A stretch of DNA of 64,000 bases from Schmidtea polychroa. Taxonomy: Eukaryota. Shown here in pieces: positions 57,708-64,000 of this stretch. How positions within the stretch are numbered: position 1 is the stretch's first letter; every line of letters begins with the position of its first letter. A program made the translations under genes and the position numbers. The stretch lies in contig CM097885.1 in assembly GCA_044892525.1 (NCBI GenBank), forward strand, positions 33,916,001 to 33,980,000, given 5' to 3'. Under the pieces are notes generated by a model. The model saw nothing but the letters and a program-made list of their open reading frames with translations, did no database searches and was not told the origin of the DNA.

Positions 57708-59195
57708 TATGAAATGAAGAAGAAATAGAGAAATATGTATTATGTTAAAGACAAGCAAGTGAGAAAAGAAAATTGGAGATTGCCAAAGCGATTAAAACAA
57801 CGATAAAAACTCCGGGAAAGGCCGAATATTAAAATCTAGTTATATATAAAATAGGTATCGATATTTTTAATATATTATTTTGTCTATCTATTTTATGCAA
57901 ATTTTATGAGTTTTTGATTTTATCACGAGTATATTAAGATAATTTATAATCTCACGCGGTGCACCCAATAAGTACCTAGACTCGACAAGAAATAAGCAAC
58001 CGATTTTATTCAAACTTTCAGTAGCAAACAAGCAACATGTCATCATGACACCAAGGCCAAAATACTGTTTTCATATAAGGTATTCGGGTATGAAGTAATC
58101 AAATCCGTGATATGCTGCTGCAAATCACTGGCATAAACAAAGAATTTTCTTTACAAATCCTTGTTAAGTTATCGGAAGAGGTGAAAATCACTAGTGCAAG
58201 GTCGGTAGTGTATGGTTGATGAGGCACCACTGACAATCCACATGCGTCATATATTGATGTTGGATATCAGGTAGGAATGTGGATTTTGACATTGTTATTT
58301 AATAGCCAGATTTCATTATTTCCATTTTTTTCTGTTGCTTTCATCTTACTTTCATTATCAGTTGTACATAATAGTCTTTATTAATTTGGACATCTGATGC
58401 AGCGAGATCCATTTTCAAAACATATCATGTCCCAAAAGATTTTGAACATCATACATTTCTTGTGAGATGTGTCAGTTCTCATTTTCAGTGATGGTTTCTC
58501 TTATGGCATCTTCTATGCGGTAGATTCACGATTAGTTTCAGGTATGTCAGATGTGTCTCCTCTTCTATGATTATGTTTTTCAGAAAGGTATCATTAAGTT
58601 GTATAAAGATTTCCAAATTTTTCAGACAAACACTCAAATCGCCTTTGTTTCATGTCATGCGTAAGTAATCGGTACCACAAGTCGTTAACATGGTTTCCTG
58701 ATGCCCATTTCATTCAGAAAGTTATGCAAGCTAACCTTTTGGACGTTGATTTACATTTTTTCTTCTCATTTCCAATTCCCACAGGACTTTCAGGCTTTTC
58801 CAAATCAAAAACATTAAAAACAATTTAAAAATCACGAATTCAGTTGTAAATGGTTGCTTTACAAAGGCACTCACTTGTGCATTAATTTCTTGGTTACTGG
58901 TTTTCTTAAAGAAAAGAAAGCCAAAAATACTTCATTATCCATATATGTTTAAGTCAAGTCTAAGTACTTATTGGGCGCACCAAGTATTTTATTGAAACAC
59001 TTAGAAAAATGATGGAAAATAATATAGTTTTAAAATAACAATTATTGTCCAATAATGTCATTTGCATACCTTGAAATTTTCAGAGTCTTTTATCAAATCA
59101 CTATTTATGTGTTTCATATCCATTATTTCTTTTTCCAATATTTGGCATCGTTGGACATATTCCTCATTTTCAGTATGTTCATTTAATTTTTTCTT
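55915..59195 (-). CDS. USO1: Last three exons of probable USO1/p115 vesicle-tethering factor
   Basis: Phase-0 exons 59195-59070, 56139-56008 and 55959-55915 encode a coiled coil, EHEDLLVLLSDQEEK (p115 C-terminal motif EQDDLLVLLADQD) and an acidic tail ESDGDEQENSENID*. Not in the ORF track. Confidence 0.75.
56536..57316. mobile_element. Tigger/pogo-type MITE in a USO1 intron
   Basis: TIRs CAGTAAACCTTCCAACTGCGCGGT / ACCGCGCAGTTGGAGGGTTTACTG, TA on the right, and repeated AACCGCGCA subterminal motifs. Confidence 0.8.
57638..57706. repeat. (TA)n(TG)n microsatellite
   Basis: Directly visible. Confidence 0.95.
57955..58984. mobile_element. Decayed mariner-like element
   Basis: TIRs GGTGCACCCAATAAGTACCTAGACT / AGTCTAAGTACTTATTGGGCGCACC; DLAASD-like remnant on the minus strand near 58410. 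Confidence 0.6.
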
Positions 59196-62100
59196 CTAAA
59201 TCCAAATATTAAATTAGAAATTATAGAAACTCAAACTATATTTTAAAAAATTATAGATATTAATATTATAAAACGATAATATAATGTATTTATTAAGTGT
59301 CCAGGATAAAACTGTATTGTTAAGTTGTTATTTTTATCGAAATAGAACTTAAGAAAAATTTTTTGAAAAACGGTAATTGATTGGGATCATATCTGGTGAA
59401 TAGTAAAAGTGAAAAAGAATTTGGGATTGATAAAGGTATATAAATGGTTTTTGGTGAAGTACAGAGCCATACCTTGTCGTGAAGTAATATTACAAAATTT
59501 TGATTAATACTTTCTTTACCAATGAATCATATAAAGAGTCTAGTAGGGTGATCACGGTCTGCACGGTCTGTATGTGATATGTTATCTATTACCCTTCTAA
59601 CCGTTTTGTGACTCCTGGTACACACATGTACTACTAAGTTTTATGTAAGAACAAAATTGGTCGCGAAAGGATTAATTGGTATTTTTAAATATTATTTCCG
59701 TTAGTTTTAATATATTCCTGTAATTTTGTAATTATAAACAATCGGTAAAAAAGAGTTTTGTCTTTGGCCATCTGAGGATGTTTTTCAAAAAAGCAAGTGA
59801 AAAGTGCAAACAAAAGCTAATTTTTTCTTGAGTAGTATTCCTGTATGTTTCAGAAAAATCATGAATAAATAACCCATGCAGAACACTTAACAGTTATCAT
59901 AACATATCTTAAATGAAGACACAATTTTGAAATATATATCAAAATTTCATCTTTATCAACTAATTGAGGAAATCATCGACAAATATCGTAAAAAAGTTTC
60001 CATATCACATCACAAAATTATTCCAAGAAAAAGTCTATTTATAATTTGCGACTTCAAACGAACAAACTTTATATTGTAATCATTAAATCCATGTATAACC
60101 TATTTGTCGAAAACTTTGACATTTTCAATGAAATCCTAGTGTAAGTTTTCAAGTCAATATTTTCAAGTCCATTTACAAGTTTACCTTTTCCAAAAACCAT
60201 ATTCATATTACGAATAATTTGCTGTTTTATGTTTAAAATACAAAAATATAGCTGAATGAAATTTTAGATAAAATAAATGTGAATAATGGTAACATTAATG
60301 CATTCAAATTTAAAATTAGCTTTTCATAATTTAGTGAAGTCATAATACGGAATTTAACAATAAATTATTATATATACCGAAAAGTAACCAATTATTTTTA
60401 AGTCAATTATTATATCTGCATTTGTTAATTTCATTTTATTAATATTCATTTTTTTTCATAGTTTACTTTAGATATTCAATACAGAAATGAAGAAATTTTT
60501 TGAAACATTTTATGCTGTTTTGGTTTCATCAAGGACTAAACGCGTTTTATCGTTTTTTACCAAATGGAAACGCGATGAAGATCAACAAATGCTATCGATG
60601 ATTAACGAAATTTAAATCTGAAAATCTTGATCTTACTGATAGTTAAGACTCAATTAGTTTTGTTCAAACGTTCAAGAATAGTTGGAAAAATGAGTCCGGT
60701 ATGACAGTCGATATTATCTTTTTATGATAATGGAGTGTTAATATGAATACTAAGCCTAAAGGGTGGTGCTGTTGTCAGAAACAAACTCCAACTCTTTAGA
60801 ATGATATTAGCTTAAAATTTTTATAATATCTCTGGTGGAACATTCGGGTAAAAAATTTGTAATTCAGGTACAACCTGGTCAGACCTTTGAAACAAGAGAC
60901 ATTTACTGTGAACAATTGAAGTGATTACAACAAGCATTAGTAAAAAATTTCAGTTATTATGAAAAGAAAAATTATTATGAAAAGAAAAAAGAAATATTAC
61001 AGAAAAACAATGCCAGGTAACACAAAGAAAAAAGCTTTTCTAAATAAAGATATTAGAATATTTCGTTGGTTCTAGAAATGAAATATTTAAGTAGAGTTGT
61101 TAAAAATAAAGGTGACTATATTGCCTTACATTAAATTTTTTTCAATAAAGTATAAATTACTGAAAATGATTGAAATAGTTGATTACTTTACAGTCCTTAT
61201 AATAGATAACATACCAGAAATAATATTTCATCAGAGCTTTCTTCTAATTTTTTTTCCAGTAAATTTATCCTATTATACGTTTGATTCTCTGTATTTTTTA
61301 AATCAACTATTGGACTAGATTCGTTTAATATGAAATTTGAGTCTAAATTTAAAAAAATGTTTAAAAATGATATTATATTTCAGAGTAAAATGTCTTACGA
61401 TCGTTTAGAAATAAAAACCAATCACTTAAATTCACTGAATAAATTTGTTTTGAAATGTTATTAAAAAAGAAATTACTAAACGTGTAAGTAAATATATAAT
61501 TTGAAAGTTATTTGTATTAGGGTAAGGTGCCTTATTATGGTCTCCTTAAGGTTTTCTGTGGCTCAGGCTTAATAATTGGAAGGTAGTAAGCATCATGATA
61601 AATCAGTTTTTAATCAAACATGGCTGTAATCTAATGCAACAGTAAATGTAGCTAATTTATTACATTTTACATAATTTCTTTTAGCATAAAGGTTACATCC
61701 AAAGTTCCCATATTAAGCACATGTGTCCAAAAGATGGGCAACCGTGTTCATATTAAGTTTGACTGGTGCCTATAATTAGGTCCCAGCCGTCATAAAGGTA
61801 ACATGTTTCTTTATAAAGATCACCAATATGAAAGTAATACTATGAAGTGTACAACGTAGTGACCAATGACAAAAACATAATGCATGTATATAATAAAAGA
61901 TAAATATAAACAATATCGATCATCTAACATTCGAAATATATCTGGTTCAAGCTTTTTTGAACATTTTATGCATATATCAACAAGAGGCAATATTTGCGTC
62001 ATTTTTATTATTTAACCAGCGAAACAAAGTCAAATAAAAGATAAGAAAAAAACATGCAAAGGTTCCTATTGAAAAATGAATAATTTCATTGTGTGCTTAT

Positions 62101-64000
62101 TGCCGAAGATGATAGCAATAATTCTTCAATTAAAAAAGTTATTTTTGCAAAAAATAATATTTTTTAATGTGTTAGACTTGTAATAAATTCATAATTTGTT
62201 CTTGAATATATCAGTGTTGATTAATAGTGAAGGATTTTATATTTATCATTCTTTTCCATTTGTTCATTCGTAAGATCAAAGCTGAAAGACTTTATTTTAT
62301 TACTAAAATAAGAAATTTATAAAAAATATTTGAAGACAGTGTTTAAATAGTATTTCTGTCTGAACATAATCATTATATATTCTTAGCAACACAATGCAAT
62401 TATGTTAGTTTATTCTTTATCTTTTCGATTATTAATTGTATATATAAATTTTATTATCTTTTTCAAATGTTGAAAATAAGGACCAAGATCTAAACATTAA
62501 ACTTTAATCACATTGCTGCACTATTAAGAATTACAAAAATTCGTTTGAAGTATATAAACCAGTGATTGTAAGCTTTCTATAAATTTATTTCAACCTTCTC
62601 TCTACATAGCAATCCAAAAAAGGAAGACCAGAATTCACTTCTTCAGTCGTAAATTGTGTATTCTTATTAGAGCAACTCATACATATTCTAAAAACTATAA
62701 CTCCTTTTCCCAGTAGTGTGGTGTCAAATATTTAACTATTGGACAAAACTAAAAGTAATGGAGCTATGTTTGTCCCTATTGAAGTGCAAAGAATTGCTCA
62801 TGAATCTGAAAGATACGCTTTGGATTTAATGAAAGAAGGATTACGAAATAAAGAAAGGCACGTGTATATGAAACCTTGAAATTCTTGAAATGATGACAGT
62901 TGTGTTGTATTATGTTTCAAAAGTCGTCAATAAATACATTTTTGAAGTTCTTCTGGGTATTAATGTTTGCAGAAAACAGGGACCAAAGCTAAAAATTTTA
63001 TTTGGCCCTTTTATAATTTTTTTTAACAAAAAGGTTAATTTATTTCCTGCTGTTATACAGTTAAAATAATAATTTAATTTCGAAAATAATATTACATTCA
63101 TTCATATATAAAAGATACAATTCATAAATAAAAAAACATTAACTTTAAAAAACAAATAATTAATTAATATATAATAAAATCTATAAATTGATTGTAATTT
63201 AAAATAGAAATTCAAATTTTTTAATTATGAGTTAAATGTCAATAATTTTTTAATTTAAAATTTAAAAACTCAACTATATTATGAAATTTTTTTCAACAAA
63301 ATTAACAAAAAACTGACTTCCAATAACAAGCTCGGAGAGTTTCAAAAATTTTAACAAGCGACGCCCTACAGACTGACCAAACCGTTACCAGTATACTAGA
63401 GCTTATATCTGATTAGAAAAGAGTAAAAATATATCATAAAGATGTCGCTGGGATTTCTTAGATTCCACAAATGAAAAGTCTGAAATATTATTTTTCAATT
63501 TACAAAGAAAAATAAAAACAAATGTTGGAAACAAAAGAAAACCAAAACCTCGAATTGTTGCTATTAATTACAGGTATTGTAGAGAATTTCAATAATTCAA
63601 GAAAGAAAACATAATCAACTTCATCACCATCGATCTCATTTTTATTCCCTTTACCTTCATTTTTGTGAACTATCAATCAATATTGTGTTATATTAATCGA
63701 TAGCCTAAAAAAATTGAAAATACAGAAAACATTTTAAACATTTCTGATTAAGGAAATAATTAAACTAAAATTAAGGAATATGATTAAACTTTATTAAAAT
63801 TTATTTCAATCACAAAATCTTTTAACAATTAGCAAGTTTTCAATAAGGTATTCTAATATAAAAGTAGTTTGAAGCTTGTAACAAATAATATTAGCATAAA
63901 TAGTGAATAAAAATATAACATTAAATATTAATAACCATTGAAAATACTTGAATTTTGCTCAGGTTTTTTAGCTTTTAAAAGTGCATATTGATCCTTGGAA

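Overview
AT-rich eukaryotic (animal) genomic DNA with short GT-AG introns of about 40-55 nt. A triclad flatworm is plausible, but I cannot establish the species. Host genes are a 9-exon 5' part of CEP131 (minus strand, 17017 down to 3792, running off the window) and the last three exons of a probable USO1/p115 gene (minus strand, 59195-55915). Between them is a nested structure. A young LTR retroelement (17377-50373) has two 1543-bp near-identical LTRs, an ATAG TSD, a tRNA-Pro PBS and a gag gene, but no visible pol. An apparently intact 17.9-kb Polinton/Maverick (28388-46320) has inserted into it, with AGTAG termini, 1.6-1.8-kb TIRs and a GAAGCG 6-bp TSD. The Polinton encodes pPolB, integrase, packaging ATPase, major capsid protein, two tandem minor capsid proteins, an adenain-like protease and small core-like proteins. 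Its most unusual content is a TATA-binding-protein-like gene placed head-to-head with the virion gene block, plus a RING-finger protein. It also has several spliceosomal introns that the ORF track misses (integrase, protease, pPolB leader), with an antisense gene nested in the predicted pPolB intron. The flanks carry decayed Tigger/pogo, hAT, mariner and gypsy elements, MITEs and an HSP90 fragment. All calls are by eye; no searches were run.
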